Assembly (NCBI GenBank): GCA_964016885.1
Contig: OZ024743.1
Location: 209,684,001-209,748,000 of the forward strand
From: Eledone cirrhosa
Lineage: Eukaryota
DNA length: 64,000 bases
Direction of reading: 5' to 3'
The notes under the pieces were generated by a model that saw only the letters and a program-made list of their open reading frames with translations, ran no database searches and was not told the DNA's origin. A program made the translations under genes and the position numbers. Of this stretch, positions 1-15,374 are shown one piece after another. Positions within the stretch are counted from its first letter, which is position 1, and each line of letters opens with the position of its first letter.

Positions 1-629
1 ATACCACTGTTTACCATCCTATGGCCACACATGAAAGCTCTTCACCCCATAAGATATACCACAGTTTACCATCCTATTGCCACACATGAAAGTTCTTCAC
101 TCGATAAGATATACCACAGTTTACCATCCTATAGCCACACATGAAAGCTCTTCACTCCATAAGATATACCACAGTTTACCATGCTATAGCTAGATGAAAG
201 CTCTTCACTCCATAAGATATACCACAGTTTACCATCCTATAGCCAGATGAAAGCTCGTCACTCCATAAGATATACCACAGTTTACCATCCTATAGCCACA
301 CATGAAAGCTCTTCACTCCATAAGATATACCACAGTTTACCATCCTATAGCCACACATGAAAGCTCTTCACTCCATAAGATATACCACAGTTTACCATCC
401 TATGGCCACACATGAAAGCTCTTCACCCCATAAGATATACCACGGTTTACCATCCTATAGCCACACATGTAAGCTCTTCACTCCATAAGATATACCACAG
501 TTTACCATCCTATAGCCACACATGAAAGCTCTTCACTCCATAAGATATACCACAGTTTACCATCCTATAGCCAGATGAAAGCTCTTCACTCCATAAAATA
601 TACCACAGTTTACCATCCTATAGCCACAC

Positions 630-849
630 ATGAAAGCTCTACACTCCATAAAATATACCACAGTTTACCATCCTATAGCCACAGATGAAAGCTCTTAACC
701 CCATAAGACATACCACAGTTTACCATCCTATAGCCACACATGAAAGCTCTACACTCCATAAAATATACCACAGTTTACCATCCTATAGCCACAGATGAAA
801 GCTCTTAACCCCATAAGACATACCACAGTTTACCATCCTATAGCCACAC
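630..849 (+). repeat. Exact local 2-monomer (110 bp) tandem duplication
   Basis: 630-739 equals 740-849. Both carry the rare pair GCTCTACAC..ATAAAAT followed by CTTAACCCCATAAGACAT. Confidence 0.92.
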
Positions 850-3800
850 ATGAAAGCTCCTCACTCCATAGGATATACCGCAGTTTACCATCCTATAGCC
901 ACACATGAAAGCTCTGCACTCCATAAAATATACCACAGTTTACCATCCTATAGCCACACATGAAAGCTCTTCACTCCATAAGATATACCACAGTTTACCA
1001 TCCTATAGCCAGATGAATTCTCTTCACTCCATAAGATGTACGACAGTTTACCATCCTATACCCACACATGAAAGCTCTTCAATCCATAAGATATACCTCA
1101 GTTTACCATCTTATAGCCACAGATGACAGCTCTTCACTCCATAATATATACCACAGTTTACCATCCTATATCCACAGATGAAAGCTGTTCACTCCATAAG
1201 ATATACCACAGTTTACCATCCTATAGCCACAGATGAAAGCTCTTCACTCCATAAGATATACCACAGTTTACCATCCTATAGCCACAGATGAAAGCTCTTC
1301 ACTCCATAAGATATACCACAGTTTACCATCCTATAGCCACACATGAAAGCTCTTCACTCCATAAGATATACCACAGTTTACCATCCTATAGCCACACATG
1401 AAAGCTCTTCACTCCATAAGATATACCACAGTTTACCATCCTATGGCCACACATGAAAGCTCTTCACCCCATAAGATATACCACAGTTTACCATCCTATA
1501 GCCACACATGTAAGCTCTTCACTCCATAAGATATACCACAGTTTACCATCCTATAGCCACACATGAAAGCTCTTCACTCCATAAGATATACCACAGTTTA
1601 CCATCCTATAGCCAGATGAAAGCTCTTCACTCCATAAAATATACCACAGTTTACCATCCTATAGCCACACATGAAAGCACTTCACTCCATAAGATATACC
1701 ACAGTTTACCATCCTATAGCCAGAGATGAAATCTCTTCACTCCATGAGATATACCACAGTTTACCATCCTATAACCACAGATGAATGCTCTTCACTCCAT
1801 GAGATATACCACAGTTTACCATTCTATAGCCACAGATGAAAGCTCTTCACTTCATAAGATATACCACAGTTTACCATCCTATAGCCACACATGAAAGCTC
1901 TTCACTCCATAAGATATACCACAGTTTACCATCCTATAGCCACGCCACGGATGAAAGCTATTCACTCCATAAGATATACCACAGTTTACCATCCTATAGT
2001 CACACATGAAAGCTCTTCACTCCATAAGATATAACACAGTTTACCATCCTATAGCCAGATGAAAGCTCTTCACTCCATAAGATATACCACAGTTTACCAT
2101 CCTATAGCCACAGATGAAAGCTCTTCACTCCATAAGATATACCACAGTTTACCATCCTATAGCCACAGATGAAAGCTCTTCACTCCATAAGATATACCAC
2201 TGTTTACCATCCTATAGCCACAGATGAAAGTTGTTCACTCCATAAGATATACCACAGTTTACCATCCTATAGCCACATATGAAAGCTGTTCACTCCATAA
2301 GATATACCACAGTTTACCATCCTATAGCCACAGATGAAAGCTGTTCACTCCATAAGTTATACCACAGTTTACCATCCTATAGCCACAGATGAAAGCTCTT
2401 CACTCCATAAGATATACCACAGTTGACCATCCTATAGCCACAGATGAAAGCTGTTCACTCCATAAGATAAACCACAGTTTACCATCCTATAGCCACAGAT
2501 GACAGCTCTTCACTCCATAAGATATACCACAGTTTAACATCCTATATCCACTGATGAAAGCTGTTCACTCCATAAGATATACCACAGTTTACCATCCTAT
2601 AGCCAGATGAAAGCTCTTCACTCCATCAGATATACCACAGTTTACCATCCTATAGCCACAGATGAAAGCTCTTCACTCCATAAGATATACCCCAGTTTAC
2701 CATCCTATAGCCACACATGAAAGCTCTTCACTCCATAAGATATACCACAGTTTACCATCCTATAGCCACACATGAAAGCTCTTCACTCCATAAGATATAC
2801 CACAGTTTACCATCCTATGGCCACACATGAAAGCTCTTCACCCCATAAGATATACCACAGTTTACCATCCTATAGCCACACATGTAAGCTCTTCACTCCA
2901 TAAGATATACCACAGTTTACCATCCTATAGCCACACATGAAAGCTCTTCACTCCATAAGATATACCACAGTTTACCATCCTATAGCCAGATGAAAGCTCT
3001 TCACTCCATAAAATATACCACAGTTTACCATCCTATAGCCACACATGAAAGCTCTTCACTCCATAAGATATACCACAGTTTACCATCCTATAGCCACAGA
3101 TGAAAGCTCTTCACTCCATAAGATATACCACAGTTTACAATCCTATAGCCAGAGATGAAAGCTCTTCACTCCATGAGATATACCACAGTTTACCATCCTA
3201 TAGCCACAGATGAATGCTCTTCACTCCATGAGATATACCACAGTTTACCATCCTATAGCCACAGACGAAAGCTCTTCACTTCATAAGATATACCACAGTT
3301 TACCATCCTATAGCCACACATGAAAGCTCTTCACTCCATAAGATATACCACAGTTTACCATCCTATAGCCACGCCACGGATGAAAGCTATTCACTCCATA
3401 AGATATACCACAGTTTACCATCCTATAGTCACACATGAAAGCTCTTCACTCCATAAGATATAACAAAGTTTACCATCCTATAGCCAGATGAAAGCTCTTC
3501 ACTCCATAAGATATACCACAGTTTACAATCCTATAGCCAGAGATGAAAGCTCTTCACTCCATGAGATATACCACAGTTTACCATCCTATAGCCACAGATG
3601 AATGCTCTTCACTCCATGAGATATACCACAGTTTACCATCCTATAGCCACAGACGAAAGCTCTTCACTTCATAAGATATACCACAGTTTACCATCCTATA
3701 GTCACACATGAAAGCTCTTCACTCCATAAGATATAACACAGTTTACCATCCTATAGCCAGATGAAAGCTCTTCACTCCATAAGATATACCACAGTTTACC

Positions 3801-5187
3801 ATCCTATAGCCACAGATGAAAGCTCTTCACTCCATAAGATATACCACACTTTACCATCCTATAGCCACACATGAAATCTCTTTACTCCATAAGATATCCC
3901 ACAGTTTACCATCATATAGCCACACATGAAAGCTCTTCACTCCATAAGATATACCACAGTTTACCATCATATAGCCAGATGAAAGCTCTTCACTCCATAA
4001 GATATACCACAGTTTACCATCCTATAGCCACAGATGAAAGCTGTTCACTCCATAAGTTATACCACAGTTTACCATCCTATAGCCACAGATGAAAGCTCTT
4101 CACTCCATAAGATATACCACAGTTGACCATCCTATAGCCACAGATGAAAGCTGTTCACTCCATAAGATAAACCACAGTTAACCATCCTATAGCCACAGAT
4201 GACAGCTCTTCACTCCATAAGATATACCACAGTTTACCATCCTATATCCACAGATGAAAGCTGTTCACTCCATAAGATGTACCACAGTTTACCATCCTAT
4301 AGCCAGATGAAAGCTCTTCACTCCATCAGATATACCACAGTTTACCATCCTATAGCCACAGATGAAAGCTCTTCACTCCATAAGATATACCACAGTTTAC
4401 CATCCTATAGCCACACATGAAAGCTCTTCACTCCATAAGATATACCACAGTTTACCATCCTATAGCCACACATGAAAGCTCTTCACTTCATAAGATATAC
4501 CACAGTTTACCATCCTATGGCCACACATGAAAGCTCTTCACCCCATAAGATATACCACAGTTTACCATCCTATAGCCACACGTGTAAGCTCTTCACTCCA
4601 TAAGATATACCACAGTTTACCATCCTATAGCCACACATGACAGCTCTTCACTCCATAAGATATACCACAGTTTACCATCCTATAGCCAGATGAAAGCTCT
4701 TCACTCCATAAAATATACCACAGTTTACCATCCTATAGCCACACATGAAAGCTCTTCACTCCATAAGATATACCACAGTTTACCTTCCTATAGCCACAGA
4801 TGAAAGCTCTTCACTCCATAAGATATACCACAGTTTACAATCCTATAGCCAGAGATGAAAGCTCTTCACTCCATGAGATATACCACAGTTTACCATCCTA
4901 TAGCCACAGATGAATGCTCTTCACTCCATGAGATATACCACAGTTTACCATCCTATAGCCACAGGTGAAAGCTCTTCACTTCATAAGATATACCACAGTT
5001 TACCATCCTATAGCCACACATGAAAGCTCTTCACTCCATAAGATATACCACAGTTTACCATCCTATAGCCACGCCACGGATGAAAGCTATTCACTCCATA
5101 AGATATACCACAGTTTACCATCCTATAGTCACACATGAAAGCTCTTCACTCCATAAGATATAACACAGTTTACCATCCTATAGCCAG

Positions 5188-8100
5188 ATGAAAGCTCTTC
5201 ACTCCATAAGATATACCACAGTTTACCATCCTATAGCCACAGATGAAAGCTCTTCACTCCATAAGATATACCACAGTTTACCATCCTATAGCCACAGATG
5301 AAAGCTCTTCACTCCATAAGATATACCACTGTTTACCATCCTATAGCCACAGATGAAAGTTGTTCACTCCATAAGATATACCACAGTTTACCATCCTATA
5401 GCCACAGATGAAAGCTCTTCACTCCATAAGATATACCACACTTTACCATCCTATAGCCACACATGAAAGCTCTTTACTCCATAAGATATCCCACAGTTTA
5501 CCATCATATAGCCACACATGAAAGCTCTTCACTCCATAAGATATACCACAGTTTACCATCATATAGCCAGATGAAAGCTCTTCACTCCATAAGATATACC
5601 ACAGTTTACCATCCTATAGCCACAGATGAAAGCTGTTCACTCCATAAGATATACCACAGTTTACCATCCTATAGCCACAGATGAAAGCTGTTCACTCCAT
5701 AAGTTATACCACAGTTTACCATCCTATAGCCACAGATGAAAGCTCTTCACTCCATAAGGTATACCACAGTTGACCATGCTATAGCCACAGATGAAAGCTG
5801 TTCACTCCATAAGATAAACCACAGTTTACCATCCTATAGCCACACATGAAAGCTCTTCACTCCATAAGATATACCACAGTTTACCATCCTATAGCCACAG
5901 ATGAAAGCTGTTCACTCCATAAGATATACGACAGTTTACCATCCTATAGCCACAGAAGAAATCTGTTCACTCCATAAGATATACGACAGTTTACCATCCT
6001 ATAGCCAGATGAAAGCTGTTCACTCCATAAGATATACCACAGATTACCATCCCATAGCCACAGATGAAAGCTCTTCACTCCATAAGATATACCACAGTTT
6101 ACTATCCTATAGCCAGATGAAAGCTCTTCACTCCATCAGATATACCACAGTTTACCATCCTATAGCCACAGATGAAAGCTGTTCACTCCATAAGATATAC
6201 CACAGTTTACCATCCTATAGCTAGATGAAAGCTCTTCACTCCATAAGATATACCACAGTTTACCATCCTATAGCCAGATGAAAGCTCTTAACCCCATAAG
6301 ATATACCACAGTTTACCATCCTATAGCCACACATGAAAGCTCTTCACCCCATAAGATATACCACAGTTTACCATCCTATTGCCACACATGAAAGTTCTTC
6401 ACTCGATAAGATATACCACAGTTTACCATCCTATAGCCACACATGAAAGCTCTTCACTCCATAAGATATACCACAGTTTACCATCCTATAGCCAGATAAA
6501 AGCTCTTCACTCCATAAGATATACGACAGTTTACCATCCTATAGCCACACATGAAAGCTCTTCAATCCATAAGATATACCTCAGTTTACCATCTTATAGC
6601 CACAGATGAAAGCTCTTCACTCCATAAGATATACCACAGTTTACCATCCTATGGCCACACATGAAAGCTCTTCACCCCATAAGATATACCTCAGTTTACC
6701 ATCCTATAGCCACAGATGAAAGCTCTTCACTCCATAAGATATACCACAGTTTACCATCCTATAGCCACACATTAGAGCTCTTCACTCCATAAGATATACC
6801 ACAGTTTACCATCTTATAGCCACACATGAAAGTTCTTCAGTCAATAAGATATACCACAGTTTACCATCCTATGGACACACATGAAAGCTCTTCACCCCAT
6901 AAGATATACCACAGTTTACCATCCTATAGCCACACATGAAAGCTCTTCACTCCATAAGATATACCACTCTTTACCATCCTATGGCCACACATGAAAGCTC
7001 TTCACTCCATAAGATATACCACAGTTTACCATCCTATAGCCAGATGAAAGCTCTTCACTCCAAAAAATATACCACAGTTTACCATCCTATAGCCACAGAT
7101 GAAAGCTCTTCACTCCATAAGATATACCACTGTTTACCATCCTATAGCCACAGATGAAAGTTGTTCACTCCATAAGATATACCACAGTTTACCATCCTAT
7201 AGCCACAGATGAAAGCTCTTCACTCCATAAGATATGCCACAATTTACCATCCTATAGCCACACATGAAAGCTCTTTACTCCATAAGATATCCCACAGTTT
7301 ACCATCATATAGCCACACATGAAAGCTCTTCACTCCATAAGATATACCACAGTTTACCATCATATAGCCAGATGAAAGCTCTTCACTCCATAAGATATAC
7401 CACAGTTTACCATCCTATAGCCACAGATGAAAGCTGTTCACTCCATAAGATATACCACAGTTTACCATCCTTTAGCCACAGATGAAAGCTGTTCACTCCA
7501 TAAGTTATCCCACAGTTTACCATCCTATAGCCACAGATGAAAGCTCTTCACTCCATAAGATATACCACAGTTGACCATCCTATAGCCACAGATGAAAGCT
7601 GTTCACTCCATAAGATAAACCACAGTTTACCATCCTATAGCCACACATGAAAGCTCTTCACTCCATAAGATATACCACAGTTTACCATCCTATAGCCACA
7701 GATGAAAGCTGTTCACTCCATAAGATATACCACAGATTACCATCCTATAGCCACAGATGAAAGCTGTTCACTCCATAAGATATACCACAGTTTACCATCC
7801 TATAGCCAGATGAAAGCTCTTCACTCCATCAGATATACCACAGTTTACCATCCTATAGCCACAGATGAAAGCTGTTCACTCCATAAGATATACCACAGTT
7901 TACCATCCTATAGCTAGATGAAAGCTCTTCACTCCATAAGATATACCACAGTTTACCATCCTATAGCCAGATGAAAGCTCTTAACCCCATAAGATATACC
8001 ACAGTTTACCATCCTATAGCCACACATGAAAGCTCTTCACCCCATAAGATATACCACAGTTTACCATCCTATTGCCACACATGAAAGTTCTTCACTCGAT

Positions 8101-11100
8101 AAGATATACCACAGTTTACCATCCTATAGCCACACATGAAAGCTCTTCACTCCATAAGATATACCACAGTTTACCATCCTATAGCCAGATAAAAGCTCTT
8201 CACTCCATAACATATACGACAGTTTACCATCCTATAGCCACACATGAAAGCTCTTCAATCCATAAGATATACCTCAGTTTACCATCTTATAGCCACAGAT
8301 GAAAGCTCTTCACTCCATAAGATATACCACAGTTTACCATCCTATAGCCACAGATGAAAGCTCTTCACTCCATAAGATATACCACAGTTTACCATCCTAT
8401 AGCCACAGATGAAAGCTCTTCACTCCATAAGATATACCACTGTTTACCATCCTATAGCCACAGATGAAAGTTGTTCACTCCATAAGATATACCACAGTTT
8501 ACCATCCTATAGCCACAGATGAAAGCTCTTCACTCCATAAGATATACCACACTTTACCATCCTATAGCCACACATGAAAGCTCTTTACTCCATAAGATAT
8601 CCCACAGTTTACCATCATATAGCCACACATGAAAGCTCTTCACTCCATAAGATATACCACAGTTTACCATCATATAGCCAGATGAAAGCTCTTCACTCCA
8701 TAAGATATACCACAGTTTACCATCCTATAGCCACAGATGAAAGCTGTTCACTCCATAAGATATACCACAGTTTACCATCCTATAGCCACAGATGAAAGCT
8801 GTTCACTCCATAAGTTATACCACAGTTTACCATCCTATAGCCACAGATGAAAGCTCTTCACTCCATAAGGTATACCACAGTTGACCATGCTATAGCCACA
8901 GATGAAAGCTGTTCACTCCATAAGATAAACCACAGTTTACCATCCTATAGCCACACATGAAAGCTCTTCACTCCATAAGATATACCACAGTTTACCATCC
9001 TATAGCCACAGATGAAAGCTGTTCACTCCATAAGATATACGACAGTTTACCATCCTATAGCCACAGAAGAAATCTGTTCACTCCATAAGATATACGACAG
9101 TTTACCATCCTATAGCCAGATGAAAGCTGTTCACTCCATAAGATATACCACAGATTACCATCCCATAGCCACAGATGAAAGCTCTTCACTCCATAAGATA
9201 TACCACAGTTTACTATCCTATAGCCAGATGAAAGCTCTTCACTCCATCAGATATACCACAGTTTACCATCCTATAGCCACAGATGAAAGCTGTTCACTCC
9301 ATAAGATATACCACAGTTTACCATCCTATAGCTAGATGAAAGCTCTTCACTCCATAAGATATACCACAGTTTACCATCCTATAGCCAGATGAAAGCTCTT
9401 AACCCCATAAGATATACCACAGTTTACCATCCTATAGCCACACATGAAAGCTCTTCACCCCATAAGATATACCACAGTTTACCATCCTATTGCCACACAT
9501 GAAAGTTCTTCACTCGATAAGATATACCACAGTTTACCATCCTATAGCCACACATGAAAGCTCTTCACTCCATAAGATATACCACAGTTTACCATCCTAT
9601 AGCCAGATAAAAGCTCTTCACTCCATAAGATATACGACAGTTTACCATCCTATAGCCACACATGAAAGCTCTTCAATCCATAAGATATACCTCAGTTTAC
9701 CATCTTATAGCCACAGATGAAAGCTCTTCACTCCATAAGATATACCACAGTTTACCATCCTATGGCCACACATGAAAGCTCTTCACCCCATAAGATATAC
9801 CTCAGTTTACCATCCTATAGCCACAGATGAAAGCTCTTCACTCCATAAGATATACCACAGTTTACCATCCTATAGCCACACATTAGAGCTCTTCACTCCA
9901 TAAGATATACCACAGTTTACCATCTTATAGCCACACATGAAAGTTCTTCAGTCAATAAGATATACCACAGTTTACCATCCTATGGACACACATGAAAGCT
10001 CTTCACCCCATAAGATATACCACAGTTTACCATCCTATAGCCACACATGAAAGCTCTTCACTCCATAAGATATACCACTCTTTACCATCCTATGGCCACA
10101 CATGAAAGCTCTTCACTCCATAAGATATACCACAGTTTACCATCCTATAGCCAGATGAAAGCTCTTCACTCCAAAAAATATACCACAGTTTACCATCCTA
10201 TAGCCACAGATGAAAGCTCTTCACTCCATAAGATATACCACTGTTTACCATCCTATAGCCACAGATGAAAGTTGTTCACTCCATAAGATATACCACAGTT
10301 TACCATCCTATAGCCACAGATGAAAGCTCTTCACTCCATAAGATATGCCACAATTTACCATCCTATAGCCACACATGAAAGCTCTTTACTCCATAAGATA
10401 TCCCACAGTTTACCATCATATAGCCACACATGAAAGCTCTTCACTCCATAAGATATACCACAGTTTACCATCATATAGCCAGATGAAAGCTCTTCACTCC
10501 ATAAGATATACCACAGTTTACCATCCTATAGCCACAGATGAAAGCTGTTCACTCCATAAGATATACCACAGTTTACCATCCTTTAGCCACAGATGAAAGC
10601 TGTTCACTCCATAAGTTATCCCACAGTTTACCATCCTATAGCCACAGATGAAAGCTCTTCACTCCATAAGATATACCACAGTTGACCATCCTATAGCCAC
10701 AGATGAAAGCTGTTCACTCCATAAGATAAACCACAGTTTACCATCCTATAGCCACACATGAAAGCTCTTCACTCCATAAGATATACCACAGTTTACCATC
10801 CTATAGCCACAGATGAAAGCTGTTCACTCCATAAGATATACCACAGATTACCATCCTATAGCCACAGATGAAAGCTGTTCACTCCATAAGATATACCACA
10901 GTTTACCATCCTATAGCCAGATGAAAGCTCTTCACTCCATCAGATATACCACAGTTTACCATCCTATAGCCACAGATGAAAGCTGTTCACTCCATAAGAT
11001 ATACCACAGTTTACCATCCTATAGCTAGATGAAAGCTCTTCACTCCATAAGATATACCACAGTTTACCATCCTATAGCCAGATGAAAGCTCTTAACCCCA

Positions 11101-11409
11101 TAAGATATACCACAGTTTACCATCCTATAGCCACACATGAAAGCTCTTCACCCCATAAGATATACCACAGTTTACCATCCTATTGCCACACATGAAAGTT
11201 CTTCACTCGATAAGATATACCACAGTTTACCATCCTATAGCCACACATGAAAGCTCTTCACTCCATAAGATATACCACAGTTTACCATCCTATAGCCAGA
11301 TAAAAGCTCTTCACTCCATAACATATACGACAGTTTACCATCCTATAGCCACACATGAAAGCTCTTCAATCCATAAGATATACCTCAGTTTACCATCTTA
11401 TAGCCACAG
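5188..11409 (+). repeat. 3111-bp tandem segmental duplication (copies ~5188-8298 and ~8299-11409)
   Basis: Seven ORF pairs have identical translations at a constant offset of 3111 (5463/8574, 5901/9012, 6379/9490, 6936/10047, 7264/10375, 7702/10813, 8072/11183). Shared rare variants include TAAGGTATA..TTGACCATGC, TTCAGTCAAT and GATATGCCACAATT. Confidence 0.93.
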
Positions 11410-14400
11410 ATGAAAGCTCTTCACTCCATAAGATATACCACAGTTTACCATCCTATGGCCACACATGAAAGCTCTTCACCCCATAAGATATACCTCAGTT
11501 TACCATCCTATAGCCACAGATGAAAGCTCTTCACTCCATAAGATATACCACAGTTTACCATCCTATAGCCACACGTGAGAGCTCTTCACTCCATAAGATA
11601 TACCACAGTTTACCATCCTATAGCCACACATGAAAGCTCTTCACTCAATAAGATATACCACAGTTTACCATCCTATGGACACACATGAAAGCTCTTCACC
11701 CCATAAGATATACCACAGTTTACCATCCTATAGCCACACATGAAAGCTCTTCACTCCATAAGATATACCACTCTTTACCATCCTATGGCCACACATGAAA
11801 GCTCTTCACTCCATAAGATATACCACAGTTTACCATCCTATAGCCAGATGAAAGCTCTTCACTCCAAAAAATATACCACAGTTTACCATCCTATAGCCAC
11901 AGATGAAAGCTCTTCACTCCATAAGATATACCACATTTTGCCATCCTATAGCCAGATGAAAGCTCTTCACTCCATGAGATATACCACAGTTTACCATCCT
12001 ATAGCCACGCCACGGATGAAAGCTCTTCACTCCATAAGATATACCACAGTTTACTATCCTATAGCCACAGATGAAAGCTCTTCACTCCATAAGATATACC
12101 ACAGTTTACCATCCTATGGCCACAGATGAAAGCTCTTCACTCCATAAGATATACCACAGTTTACCATCCTATAGCCACGGATGAAAGCTGTTCACTCCAT
12201 AAGATATACCACAGTTTACCATCCTATAACCACAGATGAAAGCTGTCCACTCCATAAGATATACCACAGTTTACCATCCTATAGCCACAGATGAAAGCTC
12301 TTCACTCCATAAGATATACCACAGTTTACCATCCTATAGCCAGATGAAAGCTCTTCACTCCATCAGATATACCACAGTTTACCATCCTATAGCCACAGAT
12401 GAAAGCTCTTCACGCCATAAGATATACCACAGTTTACCATCCTATAGCCACACATGAAAGCTCTTCACTCCATAAGATATACCACAGTTTACCATCCTAT
12501 GGCCACAGATGAAAGCTCTTCACTCCATAAGATATACCACAGTTTACCATCCTATAGCCACAGATGAAAGCTCTTCACTCCATAAGATATACCACAGTTT
12601 ACCATCCTATAGCCACACATGAAAGCTCTTCACTCCATAAGATATACCACAGTTTACCATGCTATGGCCACACATGAAAGCTCTTCACTCCATAAGATAT
12701 ACCACAGTTTACCATCCTATAGCCACACATGAAAGCTCTTCACTCCATAAGATATACCACTGTTTACCATCCTATAGCCACACATGAAAGCTCTTCACTC
12801 CATAATATATTCCACAGTTTACCATCCTATAGCCATACATGAGAGCTCTTCACTCCATAAGATATACCACTGTTTACCATCATATGGCCACACATGAAAG
12901 CTCTTCACTCCATAAGATATACCTCAGTTTACCATCCTATGGCCACACATGAAAGCTCTTCACTCCATAAGATATACCACTGTTTACCATCCTATAGCAA
13001 CACATGAAAGCTCTTCACTCCATAATATATTCCACTGTTTACCATCCTATGGCCACACATGAAAGCTCTTCACTCCATAAGATATACCACTGTTTCCCAT
13101 CCTATGGCCACACATGAAAGATCTTCACTCCATAAGATATACCACAGTTTACCATCCTATAGCCAGATGAAAGCTCTGCACTCCATAAAATATACCACAG
13201 TTTACCATGCTATAGCCACAGATGAAAGCTCTTCACACCATAAGATATACCACAGTTTACCATCCTATAGCCAGATGAAAGCTCTTCACTCCATAAGATA
13301 TACCACAGTTTACCACCCTATAGCCACAGATGAAAGCTCTTCACTCCATGAGATATACCACAGTTTACCATCCTATAGCCACGCCACGGATGGGAGCTCT
13401 TCACTCCATAAGATATACCACAGTTTACAATCCTATAGCCACAGATGAAAGCTCTTCACTCCATATGATATACTACAGTTTACCATCCTATAGCCACAGA
13501 TGAAATCTGTTCACTCCATAAGATATACCACAGTTTACCATCCTATAGCCAAAGATGAAAGCTCTTCACTCCATAAGATATACCACAGTTTACCATCCTA
13601 TAGCCAGATGAAAGCTCTTCACTCCATCAGATATACCACAGTTTACCATCCTATAGCCACAGATGAAAGCTCTTCACTCCATAATATATACCACAGTTTA
13701 CCATCCTATAGCCACACATGAAAGCTCTTCACTCCATAAGATATACCACAGTTTACCATCCTATGGCCACACATGAAAGCTCTTCACCCCATAAGATATA
13801 CCACAGTTTACCATCCTATAGCCACACATGTAAGCTCTTCACTCCATAAGATATACCACAGTTTACCATCCTATAGCCACACATGAAAGCTCTTCACTCC
13901 ATAAGATATACCACAGTTTACCATCCTATAGCCAGATGAAAGCTCTTCACTCCATAAAATATACCACAGTTTACCATCCTATAGCCACACATGAAAGCTC
14001 TTCACTCCATAAGATATACCACAGTTTACCATCCTATAGCCACAGATGAAAGCTCTTCACTCCATAAGATATACCACAGTTTACAATCCTATAGCCAGAG
14101 ATGAAAGCTCATCACTCCATGAGATATAGCACAGTTTACCATCCTATAGCCACAGATGAATGCTCTTCACTCCATGAGATATACCACAGTTTACCATCCT
14201 ATAGCCACAGATGAAAGCTCTTCACTTCATAAGATATACCACAGTTTACCATCCTATAGCCACACATGAAAGCTCTTCACTCCATAAGATATACCACAGT
14301 TTACCATCCTATAGCCACGCCACGGATGAAAGCTATTCACTCCATAAGATATACCACAGTTTACCATCCTATAGTCACACATGAAAGCTCTTCACTCCAT

Positions 14401-15374
14401 AAGATATAACACAGTTTACCATCCTATAGCTAGATGAAAGCTCTTCACTCCATAAGATATACCACAGTTTACCATCTTATGGCCACACGTGAAAGCTCTT
14501 CACCCCATAAGATATACCTCAGTTTACCATCCTATAGCCACAGATGAAAGCTCTTCACTCCATAAGATATACCACAGTTTACCATCCTATAGCCACACAT
14601 GAAATCTCTTCACTCCATAAGATATACCACAGTTTACCATCCTATGGCCACACATGAAAGCTCTTCACCCCATAAGATATACCACAGTTTACCATCCTAT
14701 AGCCACACATGTAAGCTCTTCACTCCATAAGATATACCACAGTTTACCATCCTATAGCCACACATGAAAGCTCTTCACTCCATAAGATATACCACAGTTT
14801 ACCATCCTATAGCCACAGATGAAAGCTGTCCACTCCATAAGATATACCACAGTTTACCATCCTATAGCCACAGATGAAAGCTCTTCACTCCATAAGATAT
14901 ACCACAGTTTACCATCCTATAGCCAGATGAAAGCTCTTCACTCCATCAGATATACCACAGTTTACCATCCTATAGCCACAGATGAAAGCTCTTCACTCCA
15001 TAAGATATACCACAGATTACCATCCTATAGCCACACATGAAAGCTCTTCACTCCATAAGATATACCACAGTTTACCATCCTATAGCCACACATGAAAGCA
15101 CTTCACTCCATAAGATATACCACAGTTTACCATCCTATGGCCACACATGAAAGCTCTTCACCCCATAAGATATACCACAGTTTACCATCCTATAGCCACA
15201 CATGTAAGCTCTTCACTCCATAAGATATACCACAGTTTACCATCCTATAGCCACACATGAAAGCTCTTCACTCCATAAGATATACCACAGTTTACCATCC
15301 TATAGCCAGATGAAAGCTCTTCAATCCATAAAATATACCACAGTTTACCATCCTATAGCCACACATGAAAGCTT

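Noticed and set aside
303-315. Heat-shock element or STAT site in GAA..TTC
   Set aside because: The spacing is GAA-N5-TTC, whereas an HSE needs GAA-N2-TTC in repeated units and a STAT site is TTC-N3-GAA.
324-350. TATA-box or -10 promoter-like TATA motifs
   Set aside because: GATATAC and CTATAG do not match TATAWAW or TATAAT, and there is no downstream gene.
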